Source: Acutalibacteraceae bacterium
GTDB lineage: Bacteria > Bacillota > Clostridia > Oscillospirales > Acutalibacteraceae
Assembly (NCBI GenBank): GCA_045579445.1
Contig: JAZNME010000037.1
Span: 24,099 to 88,098, forward strand
DNA: 64,000 nt
Direction of reading: 5' to 3'
Part shown: positions 27,238 to 34,083 of the stretch, one piece after another
How positions within the stretch are numbered: the first letter of the stretch is position 1
Layout of the letters: every line of letters starts with the position of its first letter
Notes under the pieces: model-generated
Database searches by the model: none
What the model was told of the DNA's origin: nothing
What the model saw: the letters and a program-made list of their open reading frames with translations, nothing else
Translations under genes and position numbers: made by a program

Positions 27238-27338
27238 TTTTTTCACCTCATTTAATTTTTCCCAAATAACCCAGAAAGTAGGGTAGGTGAACACGCTCAA
27301 ATGCGTTTACTCCATACTCCGAGTCATAAGGCTTGTGT

Positions 27339-27367
27339 ATTATAGCATAAGTTTGAGACTTTGTAAA
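27339..27367 (-). promoter_or_regulatory. Putative rpsO promoter
   Basis: TTTACA (27367-27362), 17-nt spacer, TATAAT (27344-27339). It would give a leader of roughly 95 nt. Confidence 0.55.
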
Positions 27368-27413
27368 GAAATTTTTGAAAATTATCGGGAACGTCAATAG
27401 TCGGGAGCAATAC

Positions 27414-27442
27414 TTGACAAATTTTGGGTAATATGATAGTAT
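27414..27442 (+). promoter_or_regulatory. Putative sigma-A promoter, divergent from the rpsO promoter
   Basis: TTGACA (27414-27419), 17-nt spacer, TGaTAGTAT extended -10 (27434-27442). Confidence 0.5.
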
Positions 27443-27448
27443 ATATAG

Positions 27449-27575
27449 CAATGAGGGAGTAATTCCGTACATAACACATTGTGCGCGACACCATCGTCAA
27501 CACAGAGCTTTTGCTCTCGGTGTGTCCTAAGTAAATGAGACTCATACATGGTTACCGCCATGTGTGAGTTTTTTG
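27449..27575 (+). ncRNA. Candidate small RNA, or a terminator-containing 5' leader of the SPFH gene (about 125 nt)
   Basis: It starts at the promoter above and ends at the terminator CTCATACATGG-TTACCG-CCATGTGTGAG + TTTTTTGTGTTTT (27541-27580). An internal hairpin GACACC..AGAGC-UUUU-GCUCU..GGUGUGUC spans 27487-27527. No SD-preceded ORF. Confidence 0.4.
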
Positions 27576-27613
27576 TGTTTTCGGATTTAATTAGCTACTA
27601 AATCTTCCTCACA

Positions 27614-27627
27614 GACTGCGCGCAGTC
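27614..27627. promoter_or_regulatory. Perfect 14-bp GC-rich palindrome GACTGCGCGCAGTC (possible operator)
   Basis: It is an exact reverse-complement palindrome, 46 nt upstream of the SPFH start codon, in otherwise AT-rich DNA. Confidence 0.3.
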
Positions 27628-27672
27628 GAAAAGAAAACAACGGTAAAACCAATATATTAAAGGAGAATTATT

Positions 27673-28473
27673 ATGGACAAAAAGAAAATTATTAAAATTG
27701 TGGTTCTCGTGGTATGTGTTGCCCTTGTTGGTACAGTACTTGCAACATGCTTCACAGTTGTTAAGGCAGGCCACACAGGCGTTGTGCTTACCTTCGGCGC
27801 AGTTGAAGAGAATGTGTTTGATGAAGGCTTGCACTTTAAAATACCGCTTATTCAGAACGTGGTGCAGATGAACAACCGTACACAGAAAATTGAAACAGAC
27901 GGTACAGCTTCATCTAAGGACCTGCAGATTATTTCATATGTGGTTGCAGTAAACTTCCACGTAAACGATGCATCATCTGCATCTCTTTATCAGAATGTTG
28001 GTATAGACTACGGCACAGTTATTATTGTACCCGCAATTCAGGAAAGTATTAAAGCTGTTACTGCTCAATTTACTGCAGAAGAGCTTATTACAAAGCGTCA
28101 GCTTGTTGGCGACCAGATTAAAGAGGCATTATCCGAAAAGATCGGTGAGTATGGTATTGTTGTTGAAATATTCAACATTGTAAACTTTGATTTCTCAGAG
28201 GAATTCAATGCGGCAGTTGAAGCTAAGCAGACCGCTCAGCAGAATGCCCTTAAGGCAGAGCAGGACCTTGCACGAATTGAGGTTGAAGCAAAGCAGAAAA
28301 TTACTCAGGCAGAGGCAGAAGCAAAGAGCATTCAGCTCATTCAGGATGCTCTCGAATCATCACCAGACTACGTTGACTACATAAAGTGGAGTAAGTGGGA
28401 CGGTAAGCTTCCTTCTGTTATGGGCGATAACGGAGTGCTCGTGGATGTAGGGGACATAAATCCTGCGCAATAA
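27673..28473 (+). CDS. SPFH/Band-7 (prohibitin-like) membrane protein
   Basis: N-terminal TM helix, then ..VKAGHTGVVLTFGAV..GLHFKIPLIQNVVQM..TKRQLV.. and an Ala/Glu/Gln-rich coiled coil. AAAGGAG SD. Confidence 0.8.
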   Translation: MDKKKIIKIVVLVVCVALVGTVLATCFTVVKAGHTGVVLTFGAVEENVFDEGLHFKIPLIQNVVQMNNRTQKIETDGTASSKDLQIISYVVAVNFHVNDASSASLYQNVGIDYGTVIIVPAIQESIKAVTAQFTAEELITKRQLVGDQIKEALSEKIGEYGIVVEIFNIVNFDFSEEFNAAVEAKQTAQQNALKAEQDLARIEVEAKQKITQAEAEAKSIQLIQDALESSPDYVDYIKWSKWDGKLPSVMGDNGVLVDVGDINPAQ

Positions 28474-28481
28474 AATGTGTC

Positions 28482-28512
28482 AGCCTTCCGTTTTTAGCGG
28501 AAGGCTTTTTTA
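28482..28512 (+). terminator. Intrinsic terminator after the SPFH gene
   Basis: AGCCTTCCG-TTTTTAG-CGGAAGGCT followed by TTTTTT. Confidence 0.75.
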
Positions 28513-28534
28513 AAAATCAAGAGGAGGAAAGATA

Positions 28535-30301
28535 ATGACACATATTGATTTGTTGAACTATTTAACAGATGTTCAAAGAATTGAAAAGTCTGATTTAGCA
28601 GAGCTTATAGGTGTTCCTCAGAAGAAAATTGATGGTGTACTGTGCGGTCAAATCGAATTAAAGAAAAAGTGGTTGAAGAACTTATCTCTTTTTACGGGTA
28701 TACCTGAGCAGGTAATTTTAGCAGGAGAATTTAATCTTCAATATTCTGTCGAAACACAAGAATCACAGGCAGAAGGTGAACAACCACCTGTTACACCTGA
28801 ACAAACTCCTGAAATGTCGGAAGCTTTGAAGGACTATAACTATGGTAGGTTAATGACCTTCTGCGAAACAAGGCATAAAAAAAGATACAGAGATATTAAG
28901 CAGGGTATCGTTATTCAGATAGCCGCAGCAATAGTTGGTTTGCTTTTTTCAATAGCTTGTGGAGTTATTGTTGTTCTGCAAAAGCCTATGATGGATATAT
29001 TTATGTTTCCGTTAATTTGCTTTATCCCCTCTTTTATGACGCTTCTTCCTGTAAGAGGCTTATATAAAATAGCAAAAACCGGTAGCAAAAGTGAGGAAAA
29101 GAATTTTAAAATTTACACTTTACTTTCTGTTTTGCCTATGCTGATTCACACGGTAGCAGGTGTTTGCTTTAAGGTTTATCCTGTGTGGGCAATTGGCTTT
29201 GCAGCAGCATCGTTATTACCACCGATATATTTTGTTTTTGTAAAAGATTTGGAGAAAAAAACAACACAATTGCAGAGCTCTCTCAGTATAGCGTTTTCTT
29301 TCCTTACAAGCTGTGCTTTCGGTTACAGCATTGTTATAGGTGAATTTATTGAAAGAGATACAGAAGAAATTGTTATAATGGCTTCTTTGATAGCTGTTAT
29401 TGTTGCTTGGGGCGTAGTGGCTATGGCTCTTTGCTTCATAAATTATTTTTATTATTGCTATCATAAGGTTATTGTAACTTCTAAGTATTTTCAGCCTATT
29501 CCTGAAAAGCCTTTATTTAAAAAGCACCATATACGTAATAAGATAATCGCTCTTGTGCTTGCAGCAATAATTTTTGTTGGTGGGACATATATTCTTTCTT
29601 GTGCAATTATGTATTGGAATGTTGATGTTATGATAAATGCAGAAGATTATCCTATGCCGAAATATTCAGAGTATGACAAATCTGATATTAACTTTACATC
29701 GGAAGACGATGTAGTAACTGTTGATAACGAGTGTTACACAGTTAAGCTTCCTGCCGATATGAAGAAAGACGAGAAAATAACGGATTGTGACACATATAAG
29801 GTTGAAGGCGTTGGAGGAATGGTAATGATATATCCTGAAGATTACCTGGGAAATTCATTACCCAAGCTGTATTTCAGCGAGGATGCTACTCCGAGAGAAA
29901 ATAAGATTATGGCTGAATATAAGCAGAAAATTATAGATGAATATGGTTTTTACCCGCAGTCTTCGTATGAAATAAAGAAGATAGTAAAAGATGTTCATGA
30001 GAACGGTGTGGACTTTTGGGATAGAAAGCAAGCTGCTGCAGTTATACCGATGCTGATTTTTGAATCTACCTTAGCTTATGATAATGAGATAATCTTTTAC
30101 GAGGATTCTGAAATTGAAATGGTTTTAACACTTCGCAGAACAGAGACATCAGAAACCAAAATGACGATAGTAACATGTCAGGTAGATGCGAACAAAAAAG
30201 GTGACTATAATAAAGATGTAAACCTTAATATTTTGCTAAGAAGCGACTACGCAGACGAAGAGCTTCTGTACAAAATCATCAACAGTATTGAAATGAAGTA
30301 A
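28535..30301 (+). CDS. Membrane protein with N-terminal XRE-type HTH, about 7 TM helices and a roughly 215-aa C-terminal (predicted extracytoplasmic) domain; uncharacterised family
   Basis: HTH-like ..KSDLAELIGVPQKKIDGVLCGQIELKKKWLKNLSLFTGIP... I counted seven hydrophobic segments by eye (aa 124-361). The C-terminal soluble domain ends KIINSIEMK. GAGGAGG SD. Confidence 0.6.
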   Translation: MTHIDLLNYLTDVQRIEKSDLAELIGVPQKKIDGVLCGQIELKKKWLKNLSLFTGIPEQVILAGEFNLQYSVETQESQAEGEQPPVTPEQTPEMSEALKDYNYGRLMTFCETRHKKRYRDIKQGIVIQIAAAIVGLLFSIACGVIVVLQKPMMDIFMFPLICFIPSFMTLLPVRGLYKIAKTGSKSEEKNFKIYTLLSVLPMLIHTVAGVCFKVYPVWAIGFAAASLLPPIYFVFVKDLEKKTTQLQSSLSIAFSFLTSCAFGYSIVIGEFIERDTEEIVIMASLIAVIVAWGVVAMALCFINYFYYCYHKVIVTSKYFQPIPEKPLFKKHHIRNKIIALVLAAIIFVGGTYILSCAIMYWNVDVMINAEDYPMPKYSEYDKSDINFTSEDDVVTVDNECYTVKLPADMKKDEKITDCDTYKVEGVGGMVMIYPEDYLGNSLPKLYFSEDATPRENKIMAEYKQKIIDEYGFYPQSSYEIKKIVKDVHENGVDFWDRKQAAAVIPMLIFESTLAYDNEIIFYEDSEIEMVLTLRRTETSETKMTIVTCQVDANKKGDYNKDVNLNILLRSDYADEELLYKIINSIEMK

Positions 30302-30338
30302 AGCTATCGCAAACGAAAAAATCAAGAGGAGAAAAATT

Positions 30339-32060
30339 ATGACTCATATTGATTTACTGAATTTTATTATTGATGTTCAGAATATCCCGAAAAATGAGCT
30401 TGCAGAGCTTATTGGTGTACCACTCAAAAAGATGGATGATGTTCTCAGTGGCGCTATGCCACTTAAGAAAAAGTGGCTGAAGAACTTATCTCTTTTTACA
30501 GGTATACCAAAGGAGGCAATTCAGTCGGGAAATTTTGCGCTTAACTATCCGGAGGGTGAGGTAGCACCTGCATTGGATGTATACGTGCCCGAAGCAATTC
30601 GCGAAGAAAACACAAGAAGGCTTAATTTCTATTCGAAGAAGAGATATAAATCAGATTATCAGGACGTTGTACTTATTAAAATATTAGGAATATTCAATTT
30701 GGCTATGAGCTGGATTATTCCTTTGGGATTGATGGTTATTTACAGTATAAACGCAGTTTCTGATTTAATTAAAATTATGCTGTTAGGTATCATTCCTGCT
30801 ATGATAGGTGTTTCTATATTGCGAAATGCATATAAATTCGCTAAAAATGGTGTTCCTGCGGATGAAAAAACCTTTAATTATTATGGTGCTCTTTCAATAA
30901 TACAGATATTGATTTTTTTAGTATCTCTTACTGTTTTCAAATGGACCTCTCCTGTTGCTCTTGTTGTTATGATATTAACAGCTCTGCCTATCTTCTATGA
31001 AGTATTTATTGTTAAAGATAAGGATTTAAGTTTTTTAAAACATACTCTTGTATCTATAACCTGTGTAGTAGCATTCCTTGCTCTTGTTTTTCTTTTGCTT
31101 ACAGGGGAAAAAGCAGATAGTATAGAAAATGAAACACAAGCTATTATTTTTATAGGGCTGTTTAGTAGCGGTTGGCTATCAACATATTTTTCTTTTGCTA
31201 GTGTTCTGATAAGCAAATACTATTATTGTAAAAGGACGGGTATTTCAAAGTATTTCGGTGCCGTTGTTAAAAAGCCTGTGTTCAAAAAAGGTAGAGCTGT
31301 AAAAAGTGCTATCGCAATTGTACTTGCATGTGCAGTTGTTTTTGCCACAATTTATATTGCGCCGGTTGTTTTGCTTGATGGGGCAATGTCTACAGCGATT
31401 GACGGATTTAATGAAGAAAAGGTAGAGACCCGGTACATTGATTACAACAAAGAGGATATTACTTTTGGCGAAGACGAACAAGTTGTAACAATAGAAGAAG
31501 AAAATTACAACATCAAACTCCCCGTTTATCTGGAGAAAAACGAAAAAATTACTACCAGGGATGGCTATCAAAATAAAGAAAAAATGACTGTAGTTTTTAT
31601 AGAGGAAATTTATTTTGATTATAGTGATGTATTTACATACGATGGTGATGATGAAGAGAACAAAGCATCTTTCGAAAGGCTTAATAAAACCATTAAAGAT
31701 AGATATGGTTTTATTCCTAAAGGACAATATGAATACTTTAAGCTTCTAAAACTAATTTCTGAAGATAACATTAGTCCATTCAATCGAGATTTGAGCTTAG
31801 CTGTTTCCCTTTTCACAAATCTTGAAAAAATGCTAGCGTATGATAATGTATATTTGTATGAAGATTCTGAAAAGTGTTTTTGTATTTGTGAGAATATCAT
31901 AGAGAGAGAAAGCGGTAATTTTACTCACACTTATAGTATAAATGGTAATGCAAAGGGTGATTATGATAAATTCTTTTCTATTACTGTTATGGTAGTTACC
32001 GAAACGCCTGCAGATATGGATTTGCCATTTAAAATTATAAACAGTATTGAGATGAAATAA
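30339..32060 (+). CDS. Paralogue of the preceding gene (XRE-HTH, 7 TM, C-terminal domain)
   Basis: Same architecture. The N-terminal 65 or so aa are highly similar (MTHIDLLN..LAELIGVP.KK.D.VL.G...LKKKWLKNLSLFTGIP). The last 9 aa, KIINSIEMK, are identical. The 5' UTR (AAAAATCAAGAGGAG) and 3' flank (TAAAGCTATCGC) are duplicated. Confidence 0.6.
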   Translation: MTHIDLLNFIIDVQNIPKNELAELIGVPLKKMDDVLSGAMPLKKKWLKNLSLFTGIPKEAIQSGNFALNYPEGEVAPALDVYVPEAIREENTRRLNFYSKKRYKSDYQDVVLIKILGIFNLAMSWIIPLGLMVIYSINAVSDLIKIMLLGIIPAMIGVSILRNAYKFAKNGVPADEKTFNYYGALSIIQILIFLVSLTVFKWTSPVALVVMILTALPIFYEVFIVKDKDLSFLKHTLVSITCVVAFLALVFLLLTGEKADSIENETQAIIFIGLFSSGWLSTYFSFASVLISKYYYCKRTGISKYFGAVVKKPVFKKGRAVKSAIAIVLACAVVFATIYIAPVVLLDGAMSTAIDGFNEEKVETRYIDYNKEDITFGEDEQVVTIEEENYNIKLPVYLEKNEKITTRDGYQNKEKMTVVFIEEIYFDYSDVFTYDGDDEENKASFERLNKTIKDRYGFIPKGQYEYFKLLKLISEDNISPFNRDLSLAVSLFTNLEKMLAYDNVYLYEDSEKCFCICENIIERESGNFTHTYSINGNAKGDYDKFFSITVMVVTETPADMDLPFKIINSIEMK

Positions 32061-32086
32061 AGCTATCGCGAACATGTAAAAAACAA

Positions 32087-32112
32087 AAGCCTCCCGTGAA
32101 AACGGGAGGCTT
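32087..32112. terminator. Bidirectional intrinsic terminator
   Basis: AAGCCTCCCGT-GAAA-ACGGGAGGCTT. The T-tract is strong on the minus strand (TTTGTTTTTT). Confidence 0.75.
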
Positions 32113-32125
32113 GAATTATACCATC

Positions 32126-32470
32126 TTATTCTGCAGGAGCTGCTTCTGCGATTTTGTTAAGGTCGTTCTGAATCATGCAAAGAGCAACAATACCGAGACC
32201 AAGGAAGCCGATGATAAGGTAAATGATTGAATTATCCTTATGCTCAATTCCTTTTTCTGCACAACCTTCTGCAAATTTCTTTTCTGTAAGGAAAAGACCT
32301 ACAGGGCCAAGGAAAAGGCTGAGCACAATTTCAAGAACTGCGCTGTCGTTGGCATCCTTAACAGAAACTGCATCCTTTACAAGCATAACAATCCAGTAAA
32401 TGCCGTAAATACCGCAAGTAACGATTGTGAGAAGAATAGATGTAACAATATTTCTCTGTTTAATGTTCAT
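32126..32470 (-). CDS. DUF4234-type small membrane protein
   Basis: I placed the start at ATG 32470 (AAGGGGG SD). The sequence ..NIVTSILLTIVTCGIYGIYWIV.. is the DUF4234 signature. The ORF-track N-terminal extension has no support. Confidence 0.6.
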   Translation of the reverse strand: MNIKQRNIVTSILLTIVTCGIYGIYWIVMLVKDAVSVKDANDSAVLEIVLSLFLGPVGLFLTEKKFAEGCAEKGIEHKDNSIIYLIIGFLGLGIVALCMIQNDLNKIAEAAPAE

Positions 32471-32624
32471 AATTAACCCCCTTATAAAATAGAAGCAGTT
32501 ACTTCTTGAAATAAGTTTAGCACAATCGACAAAATTCGTCAATATTTCAAGAAAATTTTGTTTATTGTTGATTATTGGGAACAAAAAGAGTATAATGCCC
32601 ATAATATTTTTAAAAGGTGATATT

Positions 32625-33620
32625 ATGAAAACTTTCAGCTATAAGGATAAACCAATCGAAGTCCACGGAGTGCCGTTTTTTGAGAAAACAGGTGTGCTTG
32701 AAAGGCTTCCGGAGGATGTGCGCAAGGCGGTGCCATCTCTTGATGGTCTTGGCAGACGTTGCCCTGGTGCGAGGATTTGTTTTCGTACCAATTCACCAAA
32801 AATACACTTAGAAATGATCTTTAAAACGCTTAGCTGGGATATAGGTATGTCTATCTACGACTGCCAGGCAGCAAATGTTATGATAGGTGAGCGTCAGAAC
32901 GCACGCTTTGCAGGACTTCTTCATCCGCAGGATTATGAAACTATGGTGTGCGAAAGGGAGTTTTCAAAGGATTCTTCAATGGAGGATGTAACAATCTGGC
33001 TTCCGCGTAATGAGGAGATTGCAGATTTTACAATTTCAATAGAAGATGGTGCAGTTATTGAAGCCCCCACACCATATAAATATCCGCCAATGCTCTACTA
33101 CGGCTCTTCAATCACCGAAGGCGGTTGCTGCTGCAGAGTAACAAATGTGTATAACGCTATTATTTCTCAGCACCTTGATATTGACTACTATAATTTAGGC
33201 TTTTCAGGTAATGCAAAGGGTGAGCTTGAAATTGCAGACTACATCAACACTATTCCAATGAGCATTTTTGTTTATGACTATGACCACAACGCACCATCTG
33301 TGGAGCATCTCGAGAAAACTCACGAAGCATTTTTTAAAAGAATCCGTGAGAAAAACCCTGATTTACCTATAGTTATACTTACAAAGCCTGATTTTGACTA
33401 TGACCCTGAGGGCGCAGAGCGTCGCAGGGTTATTTACAGAACATACGAAAATGCTGTAATTTCAGGAGATAAAAACGTTTACTTTATTGACGGACAAACA
33501 TTTTTCGGTGATGAAGATCGCCATTTCTGCACCTGCGACTGTTGCCATCCCAATGACCTGGGATTTTATCGTATGGCTTCAGTCATCGAACCCGTTATAA
33601 GACAAATCTTGGGCGAATAA
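32625..33620 (+). CDS. SGNH/GDSL-type hydrolase (carbohydrate esterase-like), no signal peptide
   Basis: I placed the start at ATG 32625 (AAAGGTG SD). Block I ..YYGSSITEGG.., block III ..GFSGNAKG.., block V ..CHPNDLG... Confidence 0.65.
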   Translation: MKTFSYKDKPIEVHGVPFFEKTGVLERLPEDVRKAVPSLDGLGRRCPGARICFRTNSPKIHLEMIFKTLSWDIGMSIYDCQAANVMIGERQNARFAGLLHPQDYETMVCEREFSKDSSMEDVTIWLPRNEEIADFTISIEDGAVIEAPTPYKYPPMLYYGSSITEGGCCCRVTNVYNAIISQHLDIDYYNLGFSGNAKGELEIADYINTIPMSIFVYDYDHNAPSVEHLEKTHEAFFKRIREKNPDLPIVILTKPDFDYDPEGAERRRVIYRTYENAVISGDKNVYFIDGQTFFGDEDRHFCTCDCCHPNDLGFYRMASVIEPVIRQILGE

Positions 33621-33827
33621 CTTGTTTTTTCGCTGCTCGCAGTACCTATGTACAGTGTCGCATCTTAAAACTGCGTTCTTCATCCCAATCTTTGTCTTAT
33701 AAAACAGATGTAAATGGGCAAATAACTTGTTTTTTCGCTGTTCGCAGTACCCTTGTATAGTGTCGCATCTTAAAACGGCATTCTTCATCCAAATCTTTGC
33801 CTTATAAAACAGAGGTAAATGGGCGAA
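33611..33827 (+). repeat. Tandem direct repeat, 105-bp unit, 2 full copies plus a 7-nt start of a third
   Basis: Copies at 33611-33715 and 33716-33820 differ at about 10 of 105 positions by manual alignment. GGGCGAA starts again at 33821. Copy 1 begins inside the last codons of the SGNH gene. Confidence 0.85.
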
Positions 33828-33841
33828 GAGATAAAAGGAAA

Positions 33842-33913
33842 AGTGCAAAATGCAAAGTGTAAAGTGCAAAGTGTATAGTGCAAAAAGTCGGAACGCTACG
33901 CGTTAATTTAAAA
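33842..33913 (+). repeat. Composite repeat: TGCAAAGTG-word array joined to copy 3 of CGGAACGCTACGCGTTAATTTAAAA
   Basis: AGTGCAAAATGCAAAGTGTAAAGTGCAAAGTGTATAGTGCAAAAAGT followed by CGGAACGCTACGCGTTAATTTAAAA (33889-33913). Confidence 0.8.
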
Positions 33914-33975
33914 ATGCCGGATGCCAGAGGATGTCGTGCTTATTTGCACACCAAAAATATTTTCAAAAACAAAGC

Positions 33976-34004
33976 GCAATCTGTTTGTTCAGGTTGCTTT
34001 TTTT
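33976..34004 (+). terminator. Intrinsic terminator about 355 nt downstream of the SGNH stop
   Basis: GCAATCTG-TTTGTT-CAGGTTGC (one G.U pair) followed by TTTTTTT. Confidence 0.6.
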
Positions 34005-34017
34005 ATTAATAAAATAA

Positions 34018-34045
34018 TTGAAAATTTTGTGAAGTATGCTATACT
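34018..34045 (+). promoter_or_regulatory. Putative promoter of the CE15-like and giant dockerin protein genes
   Basis: TTGAAA (34018-34023), 16-nt spacer, TGcTATACT extended -10 (34037-34045). Confidence 0.5.
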
Positions 34046-34083
34046 ATTTTATATGGCACAACTATCCTTGAGGAGTTGATAAA

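Noticed and set aside
27598-27834. A Cys-rich 78-aa minus-strand ORF (..CAEGKHNACVACLNNCEACCKYC..), which I considered as a possible RiPP or bacteriocin precursor.
   Set aside because: It uses a GTG start with no SD. Two thirds of it is antisense to the well-supported SPFH coding sequence. The Cys richness follows from reading GCA/ACA-rich codons in reverse. There are no maturation or export genes nearby.
33579-33869. A 96-aa minus-strand ORF with an internal repeat (..KLFAHL.LFYK.KI.MKNAVLRCDT...YCEQRKN.. twice).
   Set aside because: It is the translation of the 105-bp tandem DNA repeat. It overlaps the 3' end of the SGNH gene antisense and has no SD. Its repetitiveness is explained at the DNA level.
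33611-33913. The possibility that the tandem or short repeats represent a CRISPR array.
   Set aside because: The units are directly abutting with no unique spacers. The TGCAAAGTG words are only 8-9 nt. No cas genes are in the window.
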